Positions 48,165-57,248 of a stretch of 64,000 bases of DNA are shown here, piece by piece. Numbering within the stretch: position 1 is the first letter of the stretch; each line of letters opens with the position of its first letter. The notes below the pieces were generated by a model. It did no database searches. It saw nothing but the letters and a program-made list of their open reading frames with translations, and was not told the origin of the DNA. Source of the stretch: Akkermansia sp. (GTDB lineage: Bacteria; Verrucomicrobiota; Verrucomicrobiia; Verrucomicrobiales; Akkermansiaceae). A program made the translations under genes and the position numbers. The stretch covers positions 7,484 through 71,483 of the forward strand of contig JAFSEZ010000018.1 of NCBI GenBank assembly GCA_017435505.1, read 5' to 3'.

Positions 48165-50468
48165 ATGGATCTCTTTGAATTTGCCGACAGCCAACAACAG
48201 CCCAAGCCAAGCACGGCCGAGCGATACGCGGAGCTTTGCCGCATTGTACGCCACAACAACGAGCTGTATTATGCCCAAGCGCAGCCGGAAATCAGCGATG
48301 CGGAGTACGATAAGCTCTACCGCGAAATTGAAGAATTGGAGGCTGCTCACCCGGAGTTTATCACCCCGGATTCTCCTACGCAGCGCGTAGGTAACGATTT
48401 GAGCGAGGGTTTTCGCAAAGTAACCCACCCTGCCCCCATGCAGAGCATTGATGATATTTTTGAACACAAGCCTGAGCAAGGGGAGACGGATGCCGAGCTA
48501 GTGGATTTTTACACCCGATTGGTCAGCCAATTGGGGCAGGAAAGCCCCCGCGTAACGATTGAGCCCAAAATTGATGGCTGCGCGGTGACGCTTCTGTACC
48601 GCCAAGGTAGGTTGGCCTATGCCGCAACGCGCGGAGACGGGCACACGGGTGATGACATCACGGAGAATGTGCGTACGATTCGCAGTGTACCGTTCACCCT
48701 GCCGCTCGGTGCTCCGGAGCTGTTGGAGGTGCGCGGGGAAATCTACATGCCCTCCGCCGATTTCGACCGGCTCAACGCTGAGCGAGATGCCGATGGTCTG
48801 CCGGCGTTTGCCAATCCGCGCAATGCCACAGCCGGCACGATTAAGCTGTTGGATGCAGAGGAAGTGGCACGCCGCCCGCTGCGTTTTCTGGCGCATGGGC
48901 TGGGCGTATACCAAGGGCCGGAACTGCACACCACGGAGGATTTCACCCGCTTGCTTGATAGCATGGGTATCCCCCGCAATCGGCCCATCATCTATGCGGA
49001 TTCGTTGCAGGAAACGCGGGAGGCAGTTCAGCGCATCAATGTACTGCGCCAGGATTTAGGCTACGGCACCGATGGCGCTGTCATCAAGCTGGATGCATTC
49101 GACCTGCGAGACTCCTTGGGCAGCACGGCTCGCGCCCCGCGCTGGGCTGCTGCGTTCAAATACCTGCCGGAGCAGAAAGAAACGCGTCTTCTCAACATCA
49201 GCATTCAAGTAGGCCGCACAGGCGTGCTCACCCCTGTGGCGGAGCTGGAACCCGTGCAGCTTTCCGGCACCACAGTATCGCGCGCCACCCTGCACAACCA
49301 GGATGAAATAGAGCGCAAGGACATCCGCATTGGTGATACGGTGCTCATGGAAAAGAGCGGGGAAATCATCCCTGCGGTGGTGCATGTGGTCAAGGACAAG
49401 CGCCCGGCTGATGCTGTGCCGTACAGCTTGTACGATGCTGTGGGCGGTGTGTGCCCCAGCTGCGGAGCCCCCATTGCCCAAGAAGATGGTCAAGTCGCTT
49501 GGCGATGCACCAATTTTACCTGCCCCGCCCAAGCCGCCATGCGCACCACCTATTTCTGCCGACGCGAGGCGCTGGATATCGAAAATTTGGGGGGCACGGT
49601 GGCAGAAGCGCTGGTAAACCGCGCGCTCATCTCATCTCCTCTGGATTTGTTCTCCCTCAGCGTGGAGCAGCTGGGGGCTCTCAACCTCGGCACCGATGAG
49701 GAGCCACGCCGATTCGGTGAGAAAAACGCCGCCAAGGCACTCGCCGCCCTCGACAAAGCCCGCTCCCTCCCGCTGGAACGCTGGCTCACCGCCTTCGGTA
49801 TCCCCACAATTGGAAATGTGACAGCGCGCACTACCGCCAAATACCACAAAGACTTGGTAAGTCTGGCTACCGGCGATTTTCTGCACTTACTCGTGCGGTT
49901 GGAGGAAGGGGTAGAAGCTTTCAACGCCCTGAATCCCAAAGCCCGCAGCAACAAAGGCCAAAACAAAGATGAGCTTTTGGTGCAACAAAGCGCCTTGAAA
50001 AATGATTTAACCGCTGCCGCTGCGGCATTCACCGCGCGCGGTTATGTAGCGTTGGAGGAAGATGGTGCCAACAAGCTGAAGTTCACCAATCCGATTGGCT
50101 CTGTATCCACCCGCAAATTACTGGCTTATTTTCAATCGGCTGCCGGGCAGGCCGTGCTCAGAACACTGGCAACATTAGAACTCAACCCAACTTCCGAGGG
50201 CTATGTGGAAAACATGGCACAGCAAGCCGAGGGGCCATTGAGTGGGCTCACCTTTGTGCTGACAGGCGCTCTGAGTCGACCCCGGCCGGAGTTCGAGAAG
50301 CAAATTGCCGCAGCCGGCGGCAAAGCGACCGGCTCTGTCACCAAAAACACCAATTATTTAGTGGCGGGTGAAGGCGGAGGTTCCAAACGTGATAAAGCGG
50401 CCAAGTTGGGTATTCCCATCATAGGCGAGGCAGATTTGCTCACCCTGTTGGAAGGAGGTACACTGTGA
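48165..50468 (+). CDS. ligA: NAD-dependent DNA ligase
   Basis: 767 aa with domain Ia, the adenylation motif EPKIDG, an OB fold, a Cys4 zinc finger (CPSCGAP...CTNFTCPAQ), HhH repeats and a BRCT domain (GLTFVLTGAL). A ~70-aa insert sits inside the HhH region. Confidence 0.95.
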   Translation: MDLFEFADSQQQPKPSTAERYAELCRIVRHNNELYYAQAQPEISDAEYDKLYREIEELEAAHPEFITPDSPTQRVGNDLSEGFRKVTHPAPMQSIDDIFEHKPEQGETDAELVDFYTRLVSQLGQESPRVTIEPKIDGCAVTLLYRQGRLAYAATRGDGHTGDDITENVRTIRSVPFTLPLGAPELLEVRGEIYMPSADFDRLNAERDADGLPAFANPRNATAGTIKLLDAEEVARRPLRFLAHGLGVYQGPELHTTEDFTRLLDSMGIPRNRPIIYADSLQETREAVQRINVLRQDLGYGTDGAVIKLDAFDLRDSLGSTARAPRWAAAFKYLPEQKETRLLNISIQVGRTGVLTPVAELEPVQLSGTTVSRATLHNQDEIERKDIRIGDTVLMEKSGEIIPAVVHVVKDKRPADAVPYSLYDAVGGVCPSCGAPIAQEDGQVAWRCTNFTCPAQAAMRTTYFCRREALDIENLGGTVAEALVNRALISSPLDLFSLSVEQLGALNLGTDEEPRRFGEKNAAKALAALDKARSLPLERWLTAFGIPTIGNVTARTTAKYHKDLVSLATGDFLHLLVRLEEGVEAFNALNPKARSNKGQNKDELLVQQSALKNDLTAAAAAFTARGYVALEEDGANKLKFTNPIGSVSTRKLLAYFQSAAGQAVLRTLATLELNPTSEGYVENMAQQAEGPLSGLTFVLTGALSRPRPEFEKQIAAAGGKATGSVTKNTNYLVAGEGGGSKRDKAAKLGIPIIGEADLLTLLEGGTL

Positions 50469-51400
50469 ACGGGCGCGCACTGATTTACGGCACGATAGCC
50501 ATCGACACGCTGATAACACCCGGTGGGCAAGTAAGCTCGGTTCTGGGGGGCTCGGCACCGTATGCGGCATTGGCTGCACGCTTGATGACCAATCAAATGG
50601 ACATGGTAGGTGTGGTGGGAGATGATTTCCCGGATGCTTGGGAAAAAGCGCTCGAAGTCCGCGGGGTAAGCATGCAGCATGTGGCGCGGGAAAAGGGGCA
50701 AACTTTTGCGTGGACGGGCAAGTATGAGGAGGACATGAACAAGCGTACCACGGTGAGCCGAGTTGAGGGGGTGCAGGAGCATTGGAAGATGCAGCTCCCC
50801 CCTGCTCTGCAGGAATGCAGTATCGCGGTGGCAACGAATGTGACCCCGCGCTTGCAATGCCGCATGCTGCAACAATGTCCCCACGCTACTTTCCGCATGG
50901 CGGATTCGATGAAATCCTGGTTGGAGCGCGAGCCGGACTACGCGCAGCAGTTGTTGCAATCGGTAGACATGATGCTGATGAATGATGAGGAGGCGCAATG
51001 CTGGGCGCAGACTGATGATTCGTTGGTGGCGGGAGAAAAGCTGCTGGCCGCCGGGCCTCGCTACGCTATTGTGAAACACGGCAGTGCCGGCTCCACGCTG
51101 TTTCACCGCACCGACGACGAGGGAATGCGCATCTTCCGCTGTCCCGCATGGCCGCTGCAACACCCCAAAGACCCCACCGGCGCAGGTGATTCGTATATGG
51201 GTGCCTTGGCAGGTTACCTCACGGGATGCCTGAATGGCGGCAAGCCGGACTGGGAAGACATGAAACGAGGCGTAGCCATCGCAACGGTGGTGGCCGGCGC
51301 CGTGTGCGAAAAATTCGGCACCATCTCGCTCTTTGCTCTTTCCCGCAGAGAGCTGGCCGACCGCATTTCACAATTCCACGAAATGACCAACTGGCAATAA
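50465..51400 (+). CDS. PfkB-family carbohydrate kinase
   Basis: 311 aa. The GTG start overlaps the ligA stop. The C-terminal signature is DPTGAGDSYMGALAGYL and the overall fold is ribokinase-like. Confidence 0.8.
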   Translation: MNGRALIYGTIAIDTLITPGGQVSSVLGGSAPYAALAARLMTNQMDMVGVVGDDFPDAWEKALEVRGVSMQHVAREKGQTFAWTGKYEEDMNKRTTVSRVEGVQEHWKMQLPPALQECSIAVATNVTPRLQCRMLQQCPHATFRMADSMKSWLEREPDYAQQLLQSVDMMLMNDEEAQCWAQTDDSLVAGEKLLAAGPRYAIVKHGSAGSTLFHRTDDEGMRIFRCPAWPLQHPKDPTGAGDSYMGALAGYLTGCLNGGKPDWEDMKRGVAIATVVAGAVCEKFGTISLFALSRRELADRISQFHEMTNWQ

Positions 51401-51481
51401 GTTGTGCGAAGCGCTCTACAATTAGAGCGTTTTACACTAACTTATCTTGCTGCACCGAGGAATTTGGTGCACAATGCGTGC

Positions 51482-51625
51482 ATGACACGCGAACACATGA
51501 TTACCTTCCGCTGCCGCAAGGAGCTTTTCGACCGCATGGAACGCTTTGCGATTGCCCACAATATCGACCGCACTTCCGTGCTCAAATTGGCTCTGCACTT
51601 CTACCTCAACCGCCGTGGTCATTAA
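51482..51625 (+). CDS. small ribbon-helix-helix (CopG/Arc-like) protein
   Basis: 47 aa from MTREHMITFRCRKELFDRMERFAIAHNIDRTSVLKLALHFYL, which follows the strand-helix-helix pattern of RHH repressors and antitoxins. Confidence 0.5.
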   Translation: MTREHMITFRCRKELFDRMERFAIAHNIDRTSVLKLALHFYLNRRGH

Positions 51626-51700
51626 CACAGCAGTTTGATGGAGAGGGCTCTTACGAAATAACATTATATTATTCTCTTGGGTACAATCCATTCTTCCGTC

Positions 51701-51729
51701 TTGCAAGCATACAAAAAATATGATAACAT
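51701..51729 (+). promoter_or_regulatory. promoter (TTGCAA-17-TAACAT), 8 nt before the ATG at 51738, implying a leaderless ECF sigma mRNA
   Basis: -35 at 51701-51706 and -10 at 51724-51729. The -10 lies inside the ORF-track N-terminus, so the start MSEEAYEQ at 51738 is favoured. Confidence 0.45.
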
Positions 51730-51737
51730 GCGCCAAG

Positions 51738-52409
51738 ATGTCGGAGGAAGCGTACGAGCAGACTGAAATGGCACCCGAGAGCGAGCTGGAGCAATATGCA
51801 GCTCGCACGCGGCGCAGTCTCATTCTGCGGCTGCAAGACTGGCAAGACCAAAAGAGCTGGGATGAGTTTTACCGCACTTATTGGCGGCTCATCTATGCCG
51901 TGGCCATCAAAGCCGGGCTGAAAGAACACGAGGCATGGGATGTAGTGCAGGAAACGGTGCTGACCATAGCCAAGCAAAGCCGCAAGGGGTTGTATAACCC
52001 TGAGAAAGGCTCATTCAAATCGTGGCTTTGGAACATCACCCGTTGGCGAATTAACGACCAGTTCCGCAACCGCAAAAAAGAAGCCGGGATTCTACAAGCA
52101 GACCCGGAGACCGGTTACGACCCGGTGGATGAGATACCGTATTCCGGCAGCGAAAGCTTTGATAAAATCTGGGAAAGAGAGTGGCAAAGCAACATCATGA
52201 AAGCCGCTATCGAACGGGTGAAGATGAAAGTATCGCCCCGGCAGTTCCAGATTTTCGACTACAATGTTCTGCGGGGCATTCGCGCCGGCGAGGTGAGGCG
52301 CACCCTCGGTGTAAGCATCGCGCAGGTGTATTTGGCAAAGCACCGCGTGGGTTCCATTTTGCGCAAGGAAGTGGATTTTATCCGCTCCCAAGGCGAGCAC
52401 AAAAAATAA
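51738..52409 (+). CDS. ECF-type RNA polymerase sigma factor
   Basis: Region 2 (WDEFYRTYWRLIYAVAIKAGLKEHEAWDVVQETVLTIAK, FKSWLWNITRWRIND) and region 4 (IRAGEVRRTLGVSIAQVYLAKHRV). Confidence 0.85.
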   Translation: MSEEAYEQTEMAPESELEQYAARTRRSLILRLQDWQDQKSWDEFYRTYWRLIYAVAIKAGLKEHEAWDVVQETVLTIAKQSRKGLYNPEKGSFKSWLWNITRWRINDQFRNRKKEAGILQADPETGYDPVDEIPYSGSESFDKIWEREWQSNIMKAAIERVKMKVSPRQFQIFDYNVLRGIRAGEVRRTLGVSIAQVYLAKHRVGSILRKEVDFIRSQGEHKK

Positions 52410-52471
52410 TTCATTGCGCACGAACAATTTTATTGCAACAGCCATTCTTTTCCGGGGTTTATCTGTAGAGT

Positions 52472-53062
52472 ATGCAACATGGAGAGCAGCACAGTGAAGA
52501 CACCCGGGACAAGGAGTTGATGGTGCTGCTTTGCCAAGAAAAGAGCGAGAGCGCGATGCGTGAATTGATTGCTCGCCACCAAAAAGCGGTGTATGCATTT
52601 GCCTACCGCATGATGGGCAACTCCGCTGATGCAGAAGACATCACCCAGCGCACCTTTATCCGCGTGTGGAAGGGTGCACACACCTACGAACCCGGTGCGC
52701 AATTCACCACGTGGCTTTTCACCATTGCCAAAAACCTGGTGTTCAATGAAAGCAGGCGGCGTAAACGCAAGCCGTTTTTCTCCCTTGATGAGCATGAGGG
52801 ACAATCTTCTTTTCCGGCGCAGGAGGATTACCACGGCAGCTCGCCGCAAGCGGCTTTGCTTCAACAGGAATTGAGAGAGCAAGTAGACAAGGCATTGGAT
52901 GCCCTGCCGGAAAAGGCCCGCATGGCCGTGCAACTACGCAGATTCCAGGAGATGAGTTATGAAGAAATAGCCCACATACTGGATACGAGTGTATCTGCCA
53001 CCAAGAGCCTGATATTCCGCGCTCGCCAGCAATTGAAAGAAGCGCTCAGCCGATATCTGTGA
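52472..53062 (+). CDS. ECF-type RNA polymerase sigma factor (RpoE/sigma-24-like)
   Basis: Region 2 (AVYAFAYRMMGNSADAEDITQRTFIRVW, FTTWLFTIAKNLVFNESRRR) and region 4 (MSYEEIAHILDTSVSATKSLIFRARQQLK). Confidence 0.9.
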   Translation: MQHGEQHSEDTRDKELMVLLCQEKSESAMRELIARHQKAVYAFAYRMMGNSADAEDITQRTFIRVWKGAHTYEPGAQFTTWLFTIAKNLVFNESRRRKRKPFFSLDEHEGQSSFPAQEDYHGSSPQAALLQQELREQVDKALDALPEKARMAVQLRRFQEMSYEEIAHILDTSVSATKSLIFRARQQLKEALSRYL

Positions 53063-53080
53063 GCCCCGCCCCAACGGCAA

Positions 53081-53113
53081 CACCGCCCGGATTCACGAAA
53101 AATCCGGACGGTG
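53081..53113. terminator. imperfect hairpin between the convergent sigma and greA-like genes
   Basis: CACCG(C)CCGGATT-CACGAAA-AATCCGG(A)CGGTG (12 of 13 positions pair). Neither side has a clear U-tract. Confidence 0.35.
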
Positions 53114-53146
53114 CTGAAAATGATACGAACGCTTGCGAGCCGCGCT

Positions 53147-55102
53147 TTACTCGGGAATCTCGGAATCCGGGTAAATGAGCTCCTTGGGAGCGGGGGCGAT
53201 GGACTTGATAGTCATCTTCACCTGCTCACCACCCATGGAAACAGGCAGACGCAGGCTATCTCCCACTTTGTAGCCAATCAACTTGCTACCCAAGCGAGAG
53301 CTGTAGGAAACGACGTGTTCCTCGGGGATGGAGTCCCATGCGCCCAAGATAGTGTACACCACTTCCTCGCCCTTGTCCGTCACGAAAGTCACCTGTGTAC
53401 CCATGCCCGTCTCCTCACAGGACACGTTGCGGAAATCCGTGGGCTCTGCCTGAGAGAGCAAGCGGGAGAGTTCTTCGGAGCGGCGCAGCAACACTTGGCG
53501 AGTCGCTTTTGCGTCCTGATAGCCACCATTCTCTCGCAGGTCACCTTCTGCACGGGTGATTTCCAAGTCATGCTTGTTCTTGGGAATGCGCACGTTGATG
53601 ATATCCTCGTACTCGGCCTTGCGTGCAGCAAAGGAACGCAGAGATACGAACATGCTCTGCTTTTCCTTGGTTTGTGTGCGGGAAAGCACAATTTCCTGCA
53701 AGGTAGGATGAACCTTCATCATGTTGGCCAGCAGGAGATTGCGATCCAGATCCGGCAGCACAGAGGAATCGTACAGAGACTTGGCGAAGGGACGTGCTTC
53801 CAACTCGGAGATACCGGTCACCAAATCGGGTGCCAAATCCTTGTCATCCACGAGCAGGTTGCGCAGACGCAGGGCGCGGTTGGGTCCTCCATCTGCACTA
53901 TCACGCTCGATTGCAGTGATAATAGCACTTCCAAGAGCCATCTTGGTGCGGTCTACGACCTCCTTGGCTAAGCCATTGCGCTCGCGGCAAATCCAAATCA
54001 ACACATCCGGACTGAGATTCTGGCGGGAAATGCCATTGACAATATCTGCAAACAGTTGTTCCTTACCATCCTTAGAAAGGATGAAATCAGCTGCCGGTGC
54101 AGTCACTTTGGCACCACCGAAGAGGAAAATGTTGGTGGCATAGGCCTGCCAGCTCTCCGGATATGCCTCTACCAGAGCTTCGTAAACCTTGCGCTGGCGA
54201 GTGGCCGAAAGCTCACCGATGTAAGTCACGAGCTTCTCAGAGGTGATGGTCTGCAACTTATCAGCCAGAGTGGTGAAGTTGCTCACGCCCTCTGCAGTGA
54301 GAGCCACGTCCAACTTCTCGCGGGAGGCATCATTGCCGGCCACCGTCTCCAAGATTTCATCACGGATGATGATGAGCTCCAGCACATGTTGGGGCTCAGT
54401 ATGATCTTTTTCAATATCTTTCTCCATGTTGGAGATGAGGCTTGCCACAATGGAGAACTCGCCTTCGAGGGCATCCAAATGAGCCATATCCAAAATACGC
54501 ACACAAGCCTCCAAGGTGTTGGCCGCTTTGTAGTCCAAAAGAAGAGCCTCTGCAGCAGAGGCTGCGTTGCGGGTGGTGATAGTCTCGCCGCGCTTGGTGG
54601 GCAGACGGAAACGGGGAGTATCGCGCATTGCCACGCGGGCTTTCTCCCACCATGTCTTCCAGTTCTCTTCCGGAATGATGCGGCCACTCAGATATTTTTC
54701 CAAATCCTCCGGCTGCATCTCCAGTACTTCGTCCACGCCCTCGCGCAGAGAGAGATTATTCTCCAACACATAGGCAATAAAATCCAGCACCGTATCCTTA
54801 TCCTCCGCCTTGGCACGGCAACCGGCGGGGTCATCATAGCAGGAAATAAGGAAGTGACCGGCAGGAATGGGGGTAAGCTGATTGTACGCCAGCTTCAGGC
54901 CCATGATATAGGCAGGATTTTTTTCAAAGTTAATCTTCACCTTCTGCTTGGTGAGAGACCAAGCCTCCACCTTACCCACCCCCCATTCAGGGTGCATCAC
55001 ATACTGACCGGGGGAGAATTTATCAAGTCGGGCTGCGAAATCTGCGGGAATTTTACCAGCTTTTACAAATTTTTCTAAATCGCCGTGCATACGTGAGAGC
55101 AT
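53147..55102 (-). CDS. greA: long GreA-family transcript cleavage factor with an N-terminal CarD/TRCF-RID-like domain
   Basis: The C-terminal ~165 aa form a GreA core (EGDLRENGGYQDAKATRQ coiled-coil tip, then VTFVTDKGEEVVYTILG...YSSRLGSKLIGYKVGD). The N-terminus has FSPGQYVMHPEWGVGKVEAW...LTPI, similar to the RNAP-interacting Tudor-like domain. About 400 helical residues lie in between. Confidence 0.78.
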   Translation of the reverse strand: MLSRMHGDLEKFVKAGKIPADFAARLDKFSPGQYVMHPEWGVGKVEAWSLTKQKVKINFEKNPAYIMGLKLAYNQLTPIPAGHFLISCYDDPAGCRAKAEDKDTVLDFIAYVLENNLSLREGVDEVLEMQPEDLEKYLSGRIIPEENWKTWWEKARVAMRDTPRFRLPTKRGETITTRNAASAAEALLLDYKAANTLEACVRILDMAHLDALEGEFSIVASLISNMEKDIEKDHTEPQHVLELIIIRDEILETVAGNDASREKLDVALTAEGVSNFTTLADKLQTITSEKLVTYIGELSATRQRKVYEALVEAYPESWQAYATNIFLFGGAKVTAPAADFILSKDGKEQLFADIVNGISRQNLSPDVLIWICRERNGLAKEVVDRTKMALGSAIITAIERDSADGGPNRALRLRNLLVDDKDLAPDLVTGISELEARPFAKSLYDSSVLPDLDRNLLLANMMKVHPTLQEIVLSRTQTKEKQSMFVSLRSFAARKAEYEDIINVRIPKNKHDLEITRAEGDLRENGGYQDAKATRQVLLRRSEELSRLLSQAEPTDFRNVSCEETGMGTQVTFVTDKGEEVVYTILGAWDSIPEEHVVSYSSRLGSKLIGYKVGDSLRLPVSMGGEQVKMTIKSIAPAPKELIYPDSEIPE

Positions 55103-55132
55103 ATTAACATAGATTCCGTCAAGGTCAACCCC

Positions 55133-55161
55133 CGAATTACAATTTTTTTATTTTTTTGCAA
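55133..55161 (-). promoter_or_regulatory. candidate promoter for the greA-like gene (TTGCAA-17-TAATTC)
   Basis: Minus strand: -35 at 55161-55156 and -10 at 55138-55133, 30 nt before the ATG at 55102. Confidence 0.45.
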
Positions 55162-55170
55162 GAAAAGGAC

Positions 55171-55204
55171 AAAAAAAACAGGTGAGCCAAGGAGTGCTCA
55201 CCTG
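55171..55204 (-). terminator. strong rho-independent terminator after the CBM9-like gene
   Basis: 9-bp perfect stem CAGGTGAGC/GCTCACCTG with an 8-nt loop, followed by UUUUUUUU on the minus-strand RNA. Confidence 0.85.
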
Positions 55205-55234
55205 CCAAGTTGCATCAAAACGTTCGGCGGAGAT

Positions 55235-55801
55235 TCAATTCAAAATGGGTTGGCTCCACAAATCCGGGCGGTGGAAATCCGGCTGCGTATCGCAAGCATC
55301 TGCCGTGGTGAGGTAGATGTATTCCGGAGCCTCCAGCACAGAGCACACAGCCAAGCGGCAATTTTCAGGGGACAAGCCCAGTGACTCCAACACATCCTTG
55401 GGCAACAGGAGAGAGGCATTCCACCCATCCGATGAGGCACAACCACTCGTTTGCCCTACCCGCAAGAGAGCCGAAGCCGCAGCATCCACCACACGAGGAG
55501 CACTAAAAACGCATCCCCACCATGCACCATTGGGGCTGAGGTTCATTTCCAAATATCGGCTTGCATCGGCATTGGCTATAAAAAATTCTGCTACATCATA
55601 GCGCCATAATTCCTCTTGAAAACAGCCGAGCTTGGCATCTGGGTGTATAGCGGCAGCTTCTGCGCGTCCTGCCTCAAAAAGCAAACCTGCATCTGTAAGA
55701 GTAAGGCGATAGCGATAGGGTGGGGTCACTTCTCGCCCGTACCATTCACGCCCCAATTCGTAAAAACACTGCTCTTTTTGTCGATGAATTGTAACCTGCA
55801 T
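55235..55801 (-). CDS. hypothetical protein, possibly a CBM9/DOMON-like beta-sandwich
   Basis: 188 aa with no signal peptide. The segment ELWRYDVAEFFIANADASRYLEMNLSPNGAWW resembles the 'W..DvvEvFi......Y.E...nP.G' pattern of carbohydrate-binding family 9-like domains. Confidence 0.4.
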   Translation of the reverse strand: MQVTIHRQKEQCFYELGREWYGREVTPPYRYRLTLTDAGLLFEAGRAEAAAIHPDAKLGCFQEELWRYDVAEFFIANADASRYLEMNLSPNGAWWGCVFSAPRVVDAAASALLRVGQTSGCASSDGWNASLLLPKDVLESLGLSPENCRLAVCSVLEAPEYIYLTTADACDTQPDFHRPDLWSQPILN

Positions 55802-55933
55802 TGTCGGGTAAAATTTTATCTACCACATTTTACCACGTGCGCCGCGCGCGCAAAAGCAAAAAAGAAAATTACTTTGTTTTTGGCGTTATTTGGTGTTTTT
55901 AGTTCCGTTTATGACAATTTTTCGAAAAAAGGC

Positions 55934-55962
55934 TTGCAATATGAACAAATTGCGTGTAATCT
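55934..55962 (+). promoter_or_regulatory. promoter for rpoA-rplQ (TTGCAA-17-TAATCT)
   Basis: -35 at 55934-55939 and -10 at 55957-55962, with a ~96-nt leader before the ATG at 56059. Confidence 0.5.
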
Positions 55963-56058
55963 GCGCTGCGCGCGAGTTTACCAAAATCGGTCGTTGGTCC
56001 TCTTTTTCACAAGAAGCGGAGCTCGCATAGAGGGAAACCCGACCAACCAAAAAATACT

Positions 56059-57201
56059 ATGTCTGAAGAACTGAAAGAAGAGAAGGAGGTCATTCAGTTG
56101 GCCCATTTCGAAATTCCGAACACCCTCAAGCGTATCGAGGATCCGGAAGACCCCAACCATATCACCTTCATCGCTGAGCCTATCGAAACAGGCTTTGGCC
56201 ACACGCTCGGCAACTCCCTGCGCCGCGTGCTGCTCAGCTCCTTGGAGGGTGCTGCAATCACCAGCGTGCGTATCGCCGGTGCCCAGCACGAGTTCACCTC
56301 TCTGCCCGGCGTGGTGGAAGACGTGACGGAGATTATCCTCAACCTCAAGAAGATTAAGTTTGTACACCACGGCAAGGAACCCCGCACACTTTCCCTGCGC
56401 GTCACCAAGCAGGGTGTAGTCACCGCCGGGGATATCCAGGAAGACCATGTGTACAGCGTGGTGAACAAGGATCAAGTCATCTGCCACTTGGATCAGAGCA
56501 CCATCTTCGACTGCGATTTTGAAGTAAACGTAGGCCGTGGTTTCTACACCGCCGATGACAACAACGACAAGGATCGCCCCATCGGCGTGATTCCGATTGA
56601 CTCTATCTTCTCCCCCGTGACCCGCGTGAAGTACGCCGTGGACAACGCTCGTGTGGGCCAGATGACGGAGTTCGACAAGCTTGTGCTTGATGTATGGACG
56701 GACGGCCGCATAAGCCCCTCGGATGCTATGCTGCAGGCCGCCAGCATCATGCGCCACCACTTGGATGTGTTCGTGGACAGCGACAGCCGCCGCGTGGCGT
56801 TCGATAAATCTGCCGGTGCAGATCAAGATGCCAACACAGCTCAGCTCCGCAAGCTGCTCAACATGAGCGTGAACGAAATCGAGCTTTCTGTGCGTGCTGC
56901 CAACTGCTTGAACAACGCCAATATCACCACTGTGGGTCAGCTGGCCATGAAGACGGAAGGTGAGATGCTCAAGTACCGCAACTTCGGTAAGAAGTCCCTC
57001 AACGAGATTAAGGAGAAACTTGTACAGCACGGTCTGTCCCTGGGCATGCAGTTCGATCCCAAACTGCTTGCAGCTCCCACCTCTGCATCCCGTCTGCGCG
57101 ATACTGCCGATGAAACCAACCGCGCCACCGATTTGCAGGCTCTTATCAGCCAGAACATCGAGGCATACGGCTTTGACGACGAAGACGACTTCGACGAATA
57201 A
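56059..57201 (+). CDS. rpoA: DNA-directed RNA polymerase subunit alpha
   Basis: 380 aa with an N-terminal dimerisation/assembly domain (FIAEPIETGFGHTLGNSLRRVLLSS) and the alpha-CTD HhH (ELSVRAANCLNNANITTVGQL). An extra ~50-aa acidic tail ends in GFDDEDDFDE. Confidence 0.95.
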   Translation: MSEELKEEKEVIQLAHFEIPNTLKRIEDPEDPNHITFIAEPIETGFGHTLGNSLRRVLLSSLEGAAITSVRIAGAQHEFTSLPGVVEDVTEIILNLKKIKFVHHGKEPRTLSLRVTKQGVVTAGDIQEDHVYSVVNKDQVICHLDQSTIFDCDFEVNVGRGFYTADDNNDKDRPIGVIPIDSIFSPVTRVKYAVDNARVGQMTEFDKLVLDVWTDGRISPSDAMLQAASIMRHHLDVFVDSDSRRVAFDKSAGADQDANTAQLRKLLNMSVNEIELSVRAANCLNNANITTVGQLAMKTEGEMLKYRNFGKKSLNEIKEKLVQHGLSLGMQFDPKLLAAPTSASRLRDTADETNRATDLQALISQNIEAYGFDDEDDFDE

Positions 57202-57248
57202 AGCCACATCTACTTATTTTCAAATCAACATCATACACATAACATATC

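Noticed and set aside
55978-57207. 409-aa minus-strand ORF spanning all of rpoA
   Set aside because: It is antisense to a highly conserved essential gene, has no motifs, and has no promoter-like sequence beyond the rplQ side.
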